Shown: in pieces, positions 34,881 to 43,760 of the stretch
How the letters are laid out: the number at the start of each line of letters is the position of its first letter
Position numbering within the stretch: position 1 is the first letter of the stretch
Assembly (NCBI GenBank): GCA_025353625.1
Contig: JANXOJ010000534.1
Coordinates: 1 to 44,561, forward strand
Direction: 5' to 3'
From: Planctomycetota bacterium
GTDB lineage: Bacteria; Planctomycetota; Planctomycetia; Pirellulales; Thermoguttaceae
DNA length: 44,561 nt
Position numbers and translations under genes: made by a program
The notes under the pieces: generated by a model
What the model was told of the DNA's origin: nothing
What the model saw: only the letters and a program-made list of their open reading frames with translations
Databases searched by the model: none

Positions 34881-36941
34881 TTAGCGCTTGTAGAGCGGAT
34901 TTTGATCCTGGGGGAATTCCGTGGGTTTGGGTTTGGCGGCGTCGAGGGGAGTGACGAGAATGTTGTCGAAGAGGGCGGTGATGCGGTTGGCGGGGGCGTC
35001 GCCGGTAAGGAAGCCGACCATGCCTTTGGTGTAGAGGGTGTCCTGCTGCGTAATGAGTTGCGTGTCATCGACAAAGGCGGTGATGGTCGTGCCGGAGAAG
35101 CGGAGTTTGACGTTGTGCCATTGGTCGGGGGCAAAGTTGTCGGCCTTGGCGGCGGCGAGTTGGGTGCCGGCGCCAGCGTTGTTGCCTTGCTTGGCGGCGA
35201 AGAGGGCAACGTTGCCGTCGGAGGAAACGCGGAGGTAGTAGGCTTTGGGGACGGTGCCGTATCCGGTGCCGACGTTGTTGACGCGGCCCATGACGCCGGC
35301 GTAGCCGCCGCTTTCAAGAAGGATGTCGGCGGAGACTTCGTAGTCTTTCCAGTCCTGGTCGCCCAGGATGGTGTAGGGCATCCACTCGGGGGCCCAGGAT
35401 TGGGCACGTTTGTCGATGACCTGGCGGAGGCACTTGCCGTTGCCGTCGGGGCGGTCGGCGATTTCGAAGATGCCGACGATGTCGGCAGTGTAGTGGGGGA
35501 GGTAGCCGAAGGATTTGGCGTCGGCGTAATGTTCGAAGGTTTCGAGGTATGGCAGCGGGAAAGATTTGGCGGCAGGGACGTCGGGGAAGGCACCTTTTTG
35601 CTGGCCGGTGGTGGTGGAGATGGAGTAGATGCACTGCGGGTCGAGGGTGATGGAGAATGTGCCATTGGAGGGCATGATGTCGGGCTGGCGGATGAATTGA
35701 TCGGCTGCATTGCTGCGCCAGACGCAGAGTTTGGCAGTGGAGAGGCCATTGCTGACGGTGAAGACGAGGGTTTGGGGGGCTTTGGCGCCCTTGGTTTGGG
35801 CGATGATTGAGTAGTCGGATTCGGGGGATTTGAAGGTGACGAAGGTGCCGCCGCCGGAGAGAGTGCCGCAGGCGTTGTTGAGATAGTGCCAGCCGACTTT
35901 GACGAATTGGCCGTAGTGGGCGTAGCCCCAGAGGTTGGGGCGGGTGGCGTAGTGGCCGCTCCACGGAGAGTTAGCGATCATGGCGGAGGGTTGTTCGGGG
36001 TAGGACTCAATGGGGTAGACGGAGGCGACGAGGTACCAGTTGACGATCTTGGTGACGCCGCTTTTGAGGAAGTTCTCGTTGAAGGCCTGGACGAGGCTGA
36101 TTTCGCAGTCGAAGCCGTCCTTGTAAACGTGCTCTTCGGTGTTCCAGATGGGCTTGTTCATGGATTCGAGCAGTTGGCGGATTTCGGCAGACGCGGGGGC
36201 GGTGGCGATGGTGTGGTTGCTGACGGCATCGACCGAGTTGCGCAGAACCTCATCGGTGGCCATGGTGGGGATCCAGTTCCATTTGTCTCTTTGCCAGTTG
36301 TCGAAGGCGTGGACTTTGACGTTTTGCAGGCCATTGGCGTTGAGGGTGGTCTTGAGTTTCTTGACGAAGTCGATGTTAACGCCTTTTTCGTTGCGGGTGC
36401 CGATGGCGTCGAGGTCGAGGCCGTGCTCGGACTTGAGGCCCTTAATCCATTTGACGTAGTAGTCGGCCATGTCCTGGGACCAGAACTGTCCGTTGCCGAC
36501 CCAACCGGGGCAACCCCACGCGCAGGCGTCGAGGGTGATGGCGGGGTTGCGTTTCTTGGCTTCGGCCATGATCCACCACTCGTAGCCGCGGTAGTAGTTT
36601 TCATCGGTTTTGGTATGCATGTGGCTGGGCTCGGCGCCTTGGGTGGCGTTGCAGTCGCCGGGGACTTCGACCAGCAGGGTGAGCATGGAGGCGCCGAATT
36701 TGGGTTTGAAGAGCAGGTCGAGGACCTGGGAGCGCTGGGGTTCAGGGTAATCCTTCAGGAGGACGGAGGTCGCGCCGCCGCCGCTGACGGCACCAACGCC
36801 GTCGAAGCGCGGGCCGCCGGCATCGCCCTTGAGTGACACGGCCTGGTCGCCAAAGGCTGGCAGTGCAAAGCCAGCGATCGCCAAGCTGATGAGGGAAGTA
36901 ACGAGCGCGATGGGTATTCTTGTTTTGTTGATAGGTTTCAT
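34881..36941 (-). CDS. Secreted glycoside hydrolase family 59 (galactosylceramidase-like) with C-terminal lectin-like domain
   Basis: The product resembles vertebrate GALC as I recall it, along its whole length. [38 protein letters not shown] parallels [65 protein letters not shown] and SPWSGHY also match. The C-terminal part is [18 protein letters not shown]. The signal-peptide start [14 protein letters not shown] is at 36941. Confidence 0.85.
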   Translation of the reverse strand: [686 protein letters not shown]

Positions 36942-37065
36942 GTCGTGATCCTTGCCGAAGAACTTCATCCGCTGGTGGAGGAACAACGCGGAAGTTTGCT
37001 GCAACGCTGTGCGGTTAATTTTGAAACAGGAGCGAAGCGAATTCGTGAAGTCGCTTCGTTGTAGG

Positions 37066-39768
37066 TTACGTCGTTATCATCAGTCTGCTTGAGTTGAACA
37101 TGAAAGGTCGTGGCTTCACCGTTGATTGAAATACGTAGACGCCCGATCCGACGGCAAATACCGCAGCCGACGCGTTGGCAGGAATATGAACCTTTAGCGT
37201 GAATTCCTTGCCTTCAGCCAGCCACGAGGTCTCGACCGAGCCGCGGACTGAGTTATACGTGGTCGAATCGCTATTCAAACCAAACGGTATGCCGGGTTTG
37301 ATCTGGACCCCTTCGGACCCCGGTTTCAGTGGTGAGATGCCGCCGACATAGCGATAGAGGTAGGCGAGAATGCCAGCGTACATGTCATGGTTGTGGCTGC
37401 GGCCTCTCCCGTAACTCCAGTTTTCAACAATCGTCGTCGCGCCATGGTTGATCATGTTCATGTAGCTCGGGGGCGTCTCCTGCATAATCATGGTTTGAAC
37501 CAGTGTGCCTTGCCCGGCATCGCCTAGCGCCTGCCAGAGCGCACCGGTGGCGATATCCCCGGTCGTCACGTGATTCGCCACCACGGGTCCAAAGTCGCCG
37601 ACACGGCCATTGCTTGGCGGCGATCCGTTTGCCTGCGGATGGGCGATGTCATTGATTAGAGCCTGCCGCACCGCTTCGACCTCGCCCTCGGGAACGATTC
37701 CGAATACCAGCGGAAGTGCCTCGTTGGCCTGCTTTACCGGCTGATAGGACTTTGATTTCGGATCGAAATAGGCCCGGTTGTATGCGTCGCGCACCCGCGT
37801 GTAGTCTTGGGCGTAGGCGGACGAATCGTCCGTCTTGCCCAGCACCGATGCGATGTTGCCCATCAAGCCCAAGTCATATTCGTAAACGGCGCCCTCGACG
37901 TTCCGCACGTCATCGCCCGCGGGCGCCATCCAATCGCCTAATCCGTAAGTGACCAGGCCGTTCACTTCCTTGCTTTTGAAGTAGGCAATATATTTCCTCA
38001 TCGTCTCGTAATTGTCGGACAGAATCTTTTTGTCGCCGTACGTCTCATACATGATCCAAGGGCAGATGATCGCGGAGGAACCCCATGCCGGCGAATCGTC
38101 GAATGGGCCGGCCGACCGATCACTCTTTCTATGGTACCAATTGGGCGCGATGTCCGGGCAAAGGCCGCTGTCCCGCTGCGCGTCGCGGACATCACGCATG
38201 ATTTTCGCAAAATACGTCTGCACGTCGTTGGTGTAGACGGTCGACGGCGGCGTGGTCCAGACGACTTCCTGCCATCCCAACCGCTCGTAATTGGGGCCAT
38301 CCGTGTGAACCGATTCCAGATTACTCAGTAAGCCCCGGAGGGTCGGGTCATGGATCTGCATGTAGCGTTTATCGGACGCAGTAAATGTTCCCACGTCGCG
38401 CGCGGCGGTGCAGACAAAATGCGAGGCGGCCTTTTGAATCAGCGGCAACGCGGTGTTCTGCGGATCGGTCGTCGCCCCTTCGACTTGCAAAAAGCGGAAC
38501 CCGGTCGCATTCAACGTCACGCCCCAAGTCTCCGAACCGCCCCCTTTAAGCGTGTAAGTCGACAGCCCGGCCCGGCCCGGATGCACGCGGCCGCTGCGCT
38601 GCACGTGCTTCCCCAGCTGAAACTTCACGGTCTTACCGGACGGTCCCTTGACGGTAATTTCGTACTGGCCATTGACGTTTTTCCCGAAATCGTAAACGTA
38701 AATGTTCGGGCTGGGATTGGTAACCTTTTGCGGCGCGAACACCTCCCGCACGCGCATCGGAGGCGCGGACTGCGCCGTAAGCACACCATTCTTACGTGTC
38801 ACAGCGACCGCGCTGGCCCACTTCGAATCGTTGAATCCCGGCTTATTCCAACCCGGTTGCTCGAGCCGGGCATCGTATTCCTCCAACCCGTGGATTTCCG
38901 AATGCGTCAGTGGGCTGCTGCTCGATTTCCATGACGGATCGCTCACCACATCACTGCTCGTCCCGTCCTGATACACTATATGCAGTTGAGTGATCATCCG
39001 CATCGGGCCGAAATTGCGCACGCCCTGCCTGTCCTTGACCTCGGCGATCCAGCCATTAGCCAGCACGACCTCCATGGCATTGCTGCCCTGTCCCACCAGT
39101 GACGTGACGTCAAAGGTCACATCGTCGGCTGTTTCGTCATAGTCGGTCCAGGCTGGATCGATCACGTGATCGCCGACCTTGGCGCCATTGATGAAGGCAT
39201 TAAATTGCCCCAAGCCGCAAATGTATAAATAAGCGCTGCGGATGGGATTGTTGATTTGGAACTCTTTGCGAAATTGCGGTGTCTGTTTTGCAGTGGTCTC
39301 AGTGGCCTGCGCATCGCCAATCCACTCGGCCTGCGCGTTCCAGTCTTCCGGCTTGAAGAAAGAAGTGATGAAGGGGCGGGCATCGCTCCAGGGCGAAGCC
39401 TGTCCCTGCGCATCCCACGTGCGAACTTTCCACCAATACTCGGTTGTCATTTCGAGTGCGCCTCCAGCGTACACCACCCCGGACTGCTGCGCTGAAACGA
39501 CCTTGCCGCTGTTCCAGACCAAGTCATTCGCGTTGTCCAATGCCGCCTGGCTCCGAGCCACGATGATTTGATATGCCGATTGGACGGCACTGCGGGCTGG
39601 ATCGTTGACGACCCATCCAAAACGCGGGGTCGCGGTATCGATGCCTAGCTGCTCAAAATTGTCGATGATCCGCGCTTGCGCGGGCTGCAATGGAGCCGCC
39701 TTCGACGCCAAGACGGTCGTGGCCAAGCCGGCAAACATTGCGAGGACAGTCAAACGGCGAAAAAGCAT
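37066..39768 (-). CDS. Secreted alpha-L-rhamnosidase (GH78)
   Basis: Signal peptide MLFRRLTVLAMFAGLATTVLA. The GH78 N-terminal pattern is present (PRFGWVV...QSAYQIIV...WNSGKV...YWWKVRTWD...WSD) along with LYICGLGQFNAFINGAKVGDHVIDPAWTDYDE. The central part looks like a six-hairpin catalytic region. Confidence 0.87.
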   Translation of the reverse strand: MLFRRLTVLAMFAGLATTVLASKAAPLQPAQARIIDNFEQLGIDTATPRFGWVVNDPARSAVQSAYQIIVARSQAALDNANDLVWNSGKVVSAQQSGVVYAGGALEMTTEYWWKVRTWDAQGQASPWSDARPFITSFFKPEDWNAQAEWIGDAQATETTAKQTPQFRKEFQINNPIRSAYLYICGLGQFNAFINGAKVGDHVIDPAWTDYDETADDVTFDVTSLVGQGSNAMEVVLANGWIAEVKDRQGVRNFGPMRMITQLHIVYQDGTSSDVVSDPSWKSSSSPLTHSEIHGLEEYDARLEQPGWNKPGFNDSKWASAVAVTRKNGVLTAQSAPPMRVREVFAPQKVTNPSPNIYVYDFGKNVNGQYEITVKGPSGKTVKFQLGKHVQRSGRVHPGRAGLSTYTLKGGGSETWGVTLNATGFRFLQVEGATTDPQNTALPLIQKAASHFVCTAARDVGTFTASDKRYMQIHDPTLRGLLSNLESVHTDGPNYERLGWQEVVWTTPPSTVYTNDVQTYFAKIMRDVRDAQRDSGLCPDIAPNWYHRKSDRSAGPFDDSPAWGSSAIICPWIMYETYGDKKILSDNYETMRKYIAYFKSKEVNGLVTYGLGDWMAPAGDDVRNVEGAVYEYDLGLMGNIASVLGKTDDSSAYAQDYTRVRDAYNRAYFDPKSKSYQPVKQANEALPLVFGIVPEGEVEAVRQALINDIAHPQANGSPPSNGRVGDFGPVVANHVTTGDIATGALWQALGDAGQGTLVQTMIMQETPPSYMNMINHGATTIVENWSYGRGRSHNHDMYAGILAYLYRYVGGISPLKPGSEGVQIKPGIPFGLNSDSTTYNSVRGSVETSWLAEGKEFTLKVHIPANASAAVFAVGSGVYVFQSTVKPRPFMFNSSRLMITT

Positions 39769-40171
39769 GGTCTCTCGGATACGGCAAAGTTTACTCTGGG
39801 GTATTCGCCTCGTAGCCGTTCAATCCCTGGCGCACGCCAAAGGATCAAAGCCGATCGCTACGGCGATGATTGTACTTGCCCCTCTGCGGGAAAGCAAACG
39901 TCCTCCGCAAGATGTTTCTGGGGTGGAGTTGCATCGACAATAACTTTCAAGTTGGGGTGCGTGAGGTGTTTGGCACTAGCCGTCTGGCACGGGAATCACG
40001 CAGTCCAGCAACGATGGGCGGCCGTCATCGAGAATCCGTGGCCGATCAGCCCAAGTTTCTCAACACATCCGGCGAAACAACTGCGGCCAGTCTCGGACCA
40101 ACGCTGGATTTCCTCGATCACGCTCGATAGCGTGAAGTTGGCAAGGTGTTGATGGAGCGACCCCAGCACGC

Positions 40172-42634
40172 TCAGGCGTCGACTTCAATATCGCCCTGGA
40201 GCTTGGCCTGGCAGGCCAGGATGTAGCCCTGGGCCCTGTCTTGATCGGTCAGCGCATCCTCGATGGCCATTGTCACTTGGCCCGAGACCAGCTTGACGCG
40301 ACAGCATGCGCATGTGCCGGAACGGCAGGCGTTGTCGATGGAGACACCGGCCGTATCGGCCGCGTCGAGTATCGTCGCACCGAAGGGAACGGGCGCGGTC
40401 ACGCCGGACGCCAGGAAGGTAGCCCTGCCCGCGATCTCTGTTGATTTGACATCCCTCGCGGACGGATCGCGTTTGATAGTCCCGAACGCCTCTCTCTTGA
40501 TTTGGGCATGGGGGACACCGAGCGAGACGAGTGCGGCCGTGACTGCGTCCATCATCGGCGGCGGGCCGCAAACATGCTCCCGATGGGCCGCCAGATTAGA
40601 CACGGTCGAAGCGAGCAGGTCCGCATCGATTCGGCCGATGCGCCCAGACCACGGCTCGTCTCGCGGGCCGCTCATGGTGATGGTGACGGCGAGATTGGCA
40701 TTGAGTGCCTGGAGTTCGGCCAGTTCTTCGCGAAAAATAAAGTCGCGCGGCGATCGGAAGCCGAGGATCAGGTGCATCTTGCCCGACCAGCTCGTCGCGG
40801 TGAGGTAACGCACCACGCTCATCATGGGTGTAATTCCCACGCCTCCGCCGATCAGTACCACGCGGTCCGCTTCCTTGCCGCTGAAGATGAAGGTTCCATT
40901 CGGCGCTTCGATTTCGACCTCGTCCCCGATCCTGAGTTCGTCGTGCAACCACCGCGAGACCAGTCCTTGGCCTTCGCGCTTGACCGTGATCTCGATCCGG
41001 TCACGCCAGGTGGGTGACGACGCGATGGTGTAGGAACGTTTGATCGGGATGCCCCGAGGCGCGACGTGGAGCGTCACGAATTGGCCCGGCAGGTACTCGA
41101 AGGGGATTGGGCCTCCGCCAGGGGGGCTGAAGCGGAAGGTCCTTACCTCGTGAGCCTCGTCGGCCACGGACGAGAGCGTGAGCTTGCCCCGCCACCGGAT
41201 CTTTCCGGTCGCCGGATCGTTTTTCCGGTAGCCCGAAGGCTGGTTCCTGAGCTTGGAGCGTCGCGGTACGGTCTCCGCCGGCTCTTGGCGTGCGCGTGCG
41301 CTCGGGAAGCACTTGCCGAACGCTACCAGCAGCTTGAGCGGGCCGTCGAGCCGAATCTGCCTCCGCAGGAGTGCCCACACCACGTTTTTTTCATTCCTCA
41401 GAAAGCCGATCCATGTCTGCGAGTCGGCGGTAACATGGAGATCGGGCCGGCCGATATGCCCCTCCTCCACGCGCATTTTCTGGTCCTCGATCACGACGGT
41501 TGCTTGCCGCTGTTCTCGTCCGGTGAACGTGAAGTGGTAGGTGGCGTTCAGTCCCGCCGACTTGCCTGGTTGGAAGACGTGCGGCATTCCGCTAAGGAAA
41601 ACCTCAATGGTGTTTGGCCTCAGGCTGTTGCCCACGTGCTTGATTTTTTTATGGGGAAATCGTTTGGCGACGTGATCCTCGGCGTCGGAATTCTTGGTGA
41701 CGTAAATCGTCTCTTCCTTCTCTTGAAGCGGCCGCACGATTTCGTTGAGATGTGAATTCCGATCGGCGAGGAACGGCCCAATAACGTCTTCTCCGGCAGG
41801 GCAGACCGCCAAGCAGTACGCCGCTTTGTAGTTCGCGCCGTAGGATAGGCTCTGCCACATCGAAGCCGACTCGGCGTCGCTGACGCGACTGCGGTAGTCG
41901 CGGGCGTTCTTGCTGTCGGCCACTTGCTCGACCCAATCGGTGAAACCGCCCATGAACTCCCGGTAATTGTGGGTGTAGCAGGACGAGAAGTTAAAATCTC
42001 CATCCGGCGAGATGGCCCCCACGGGGCATGCGGCCACGCACAGTTTGCATTCCAGACACGGGTTGTAGTCGATCGGCCGACTGGACTCTGAAACGTCGGC
42101 ATCCAAAAGGATCGTCCCCAGAAGGATGAAATTGCCGAACTTCGGATGGATCACGTTGCGGTGAATGCCCATCATTCCTAGCCCTGCCGCCACCGCGACC
42201 GGCTTGTGCGACACGACCCATATCTTGCCAGGGAACCGGTCCATCTCCATCGGGAATCCCATCGCTGGGTTCAGTGCCCGGATTCCCCGGTCTTCCAGAG
42301 TCTGGACCACGCTCCGGGCAATTTCGTTAACCTCATCGCCACTGTGGTGGAATTCGTTGTTGGCGACCGAGCGAGCCGGTGTCCGAATGGCCTCTCGGTT
42401 CATGCGAACCACGAAGCTGACCAGCGTCTTGGTGTGGGGAAACGCCTTAAGGATGTCTTGACGCTGATCGTCCAAAGCGGGTCTGGCGATCTCAACAAAG
42501 CCCACGTCATCAGCGCCCGTGTCGAGGACCAGTTGCTTCAGCCAGCCGGCATCCAGCGCCTCCTTCTTGGGCGGAACGGAATGTCCGGTCTTGAGCTGAA
42601 TCCGCTGCACGGTCGGGTGATCTTCGAGCTTCAT
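40172..42634 (-). CDS. Four-module redox fusion: QueG/reductive-dehalogenase-like Fe-S domain, SCP2, FNR-like FAD/NAD(P) reductase, 2Fe-2S ferredoxin
   Basis: The N-terminal module carries GLGMMGIHRNVIHPKFGNFILLG plus CLECKLCVAACPVGAI and YCLAVCPAGED. The SCP2-like module reads ATYHFTFTG...TADSQTWIGFL...IRLDGPLKLL. The FNR module carries RSYTIASSP and GGGVGITPMMSV. The C-terminal module carries CRSGTCACCRVKLVSGQV...ILACQA. The start is taken as the ATG at 42634 (MKLEDHP). Confidence 0.8.
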   Translation of the reverse strand: MKLEDHPTVQRIQLKTGHSVPPKKEALDAGWLKQLVLDTGADDVGFVEIARPALDDQRQDILKAFPHTKTLVSFVVRMNREAIRTPARSVANNEFHHSGDEVNEIARSVVQTLEDRGIRALNPAMGFPMEMDRFPGKIWVVSHKPVAVAAGLGMMGIHRNVIHPKFGNFILLGTILLDADVSESSRPIDYNPCLECKLCVAACPVGAISPDGDFNFSSCYTHNYREFMGGFTDWVEQVADSKNARDYRSRVSDAESASMWQSLSYGANYKAAYCLAVCPAGEDVIGPFLADRNSHLNEIVRPLQEKEETIYVTKNSDAEDHVAKRFPHKKIKHVGNSLRPNTIEVFLSGMPHVFQPGKSAGLNATYHFTFTGREQRQATVVIEDQKMRVEEGHIGRPDLHVTADSQTWIGFLRNEKNVVWALLRRQIRLDGPLKLLVAFGKCFPSARARQEPAETVPRRSKLRNQPSGYRKNDPATGKIRWRGKLTLSSVADEAHEVRTFRFSPPGGGPIPFEYLPGQFVTLHVAPRGIPIKRSYTIASSPTWRDRIEITVKREGQGLVSRWLHDELRIGDEVEIEAPNGTFIFSGKEADRVVLIGGGVGITPMMSVVRYLTATSWSGKMHLILGFRSPRDFIFREELAELQALNANLAVTITMSGPRDEPWSGRIGRIDADLLASTVSNLAAHREHVCGPPPMMDAVTAALVSLGVPHAQIKREAFGTIKRDPSARDVKSTEIAGRATFLASGVTAPVPFGATILDAADTAGVSIDNACRSGTCACCRVKLVSGQVTMAIEDALTDQDRAQGYILACQAKLQGDIEVDA

Positions 42635-42707
42635 GGCTGCTCCTTGTTGTATATGCAAGTATGTGGCAAAAGAGATATTAGCTTCCCATCCCCAAGCATG
42701 GCCATTC

Positions 42708-43709
42708 CTATTTGACCTTGACGACGACTTTGCCTTTGGCACGGCCTTTTTCGACGTAGGCCACGGCCTCTTTGGTCGATTCGAATGGAAAGACCCGATC
42801 CACGACCGGACGGATGGCCCCGGAGTCGATGAGGGCCGCGATCTCGCGCAATTGGTCTCCGCTCGCCCTCATGAAAAGAAATGAATAGGTGACGTGATGA
42901 CGTCTTGCTTTTCGCCGAATTCGATAGCTCAAGATGCGCATTACCAGTTTCACAAACCAGGACGATTCAATCTCTTTCGCAAATTCGGGGTCAGGCGGAC
43001 CGGCGATCCCAATGAGTTTTCCACCGGGCTTTAGCACGCGGAGAGATTTTTCTAGCGTCGCTCCGCCCAGGGTATCCAGCACCATGTCGCAATCGCGCAC
43101 GATCGTTTCGAAATCGTCTTTCTTGTAATCGATGACAATGTCGGCACCGAGGCGCGCCACCCATTCGAGATTCGCCGTGCTCGTTGTCGTTGCGACGGTC
43201 GCGCCAAGATGCTTCGCCAACTGAATTGCGAATGTTCCCACGCCACCGGAGCCTGCGTGGATGAGAACCTTTTGCCCTTTCCTCAGGTTTGCTCTTTCGA
43301 TAAGGGCTTGCCACGCGGTCAAGCCGACCAGTGGGATGGACGCTGCTTCTTCCATGGTGAGTCGTTTTGGCTTTAGAGCCACCGAATCTTCGCGAATCGA
43401 AATGAACTCTGCGAAGGCACCGATACGATTCTTGTCCGGCCGCGCATAGACCTCGTCGCCTGGCTTGAATCGCCGCACTTGCGAGCCGACTCGGATGACG
43501 ACTCCGGCCAGATCATTGCCCAAGATGAGCGGTAAGCGGTAGGGCAAAATGAGTTTGAAGGCACCGTCCCTGATCTTGAAGTCCAGCGGGTTTATGCTCG
43601 CGGCGTGGATTTGGATCAATACGTCATCGACCCGCACCTCCGGGTCTGGCATTTCGCCAACGCGTATGCCATCGTTCTTTCCATAGCGATCAATAATGAA
43701 TGCCTTCAT
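42708..43709 (-). CDS. Medium-chain dehydrogenase/reductase (NADPH:quinone oxidoreductase-like)
   Basis: The N-terminus is MKAFIIDRYGKNDGIRVGEMPDPEV...VLIQIHAASINPLDFKIRDG. The nucleotide-binding motif is IHAGSGGVGTFAIQLAK. There is no obvious catalytic-zinc Cys/His pattern. Confidence 0.87.
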   Translation of the reverse strand: MKAFIIDRYGKNDGIRVGEMPDPEVRVDDVLIQIHAASINPLDFKIRDGAFKLILPYRLPLILGNDLAGVVIRVGSQVRRFKPGDEVYARPDKNRIGAFAEFISIREDSVALKPKRLTMEEAASIPLVGLTAWQALIERANLRKGQKVLIHAGSGGVGTFAIQLAKHLGATVATTTSTANLEWVARLGADIVIDYKKDDFETIVRDCDMVLDTLGGATLEKSLRVLKPGGKLIGIAGPPDPEFAKEIESSWFVKLVMRILSYRIRRKARRHHVTYSFLFMRASGDQLREIAALIDSGAIRPVVDRVFPFESTKEAVAYVEKGRAKGKVVVKVK

Positions 43710-43760
43710 CGTGCTTCCTTCCCGGCCGCATCCGCAAGTAGTGTTGGTGGTCTAATCGTT

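Noticed and set aside
34763-35810. A 328-aa P/S/T-rich ORF (minus strand) and a 302-aa G/V/A-rich ORF (plus strand) overlapping GH59
   Set aside because: Both are by-products of the extreme third-position C bias of the GH59 frame. They are low-complexity, and the GH59 frame has full-length similarity to GALC-type enzymes.
39769-40171. A 400-nt ORF-poor gap between GH78 and the redox fusion, with listed + strand ORFs of 86-158 aa
   Set aside because: The translations are not protein-like. A minus-strand open stretch (..VIEEIQRWSETGRSCFAGCVEKLGLIGHGF..) hints at a gene remnant, but I could not assign it to any family.
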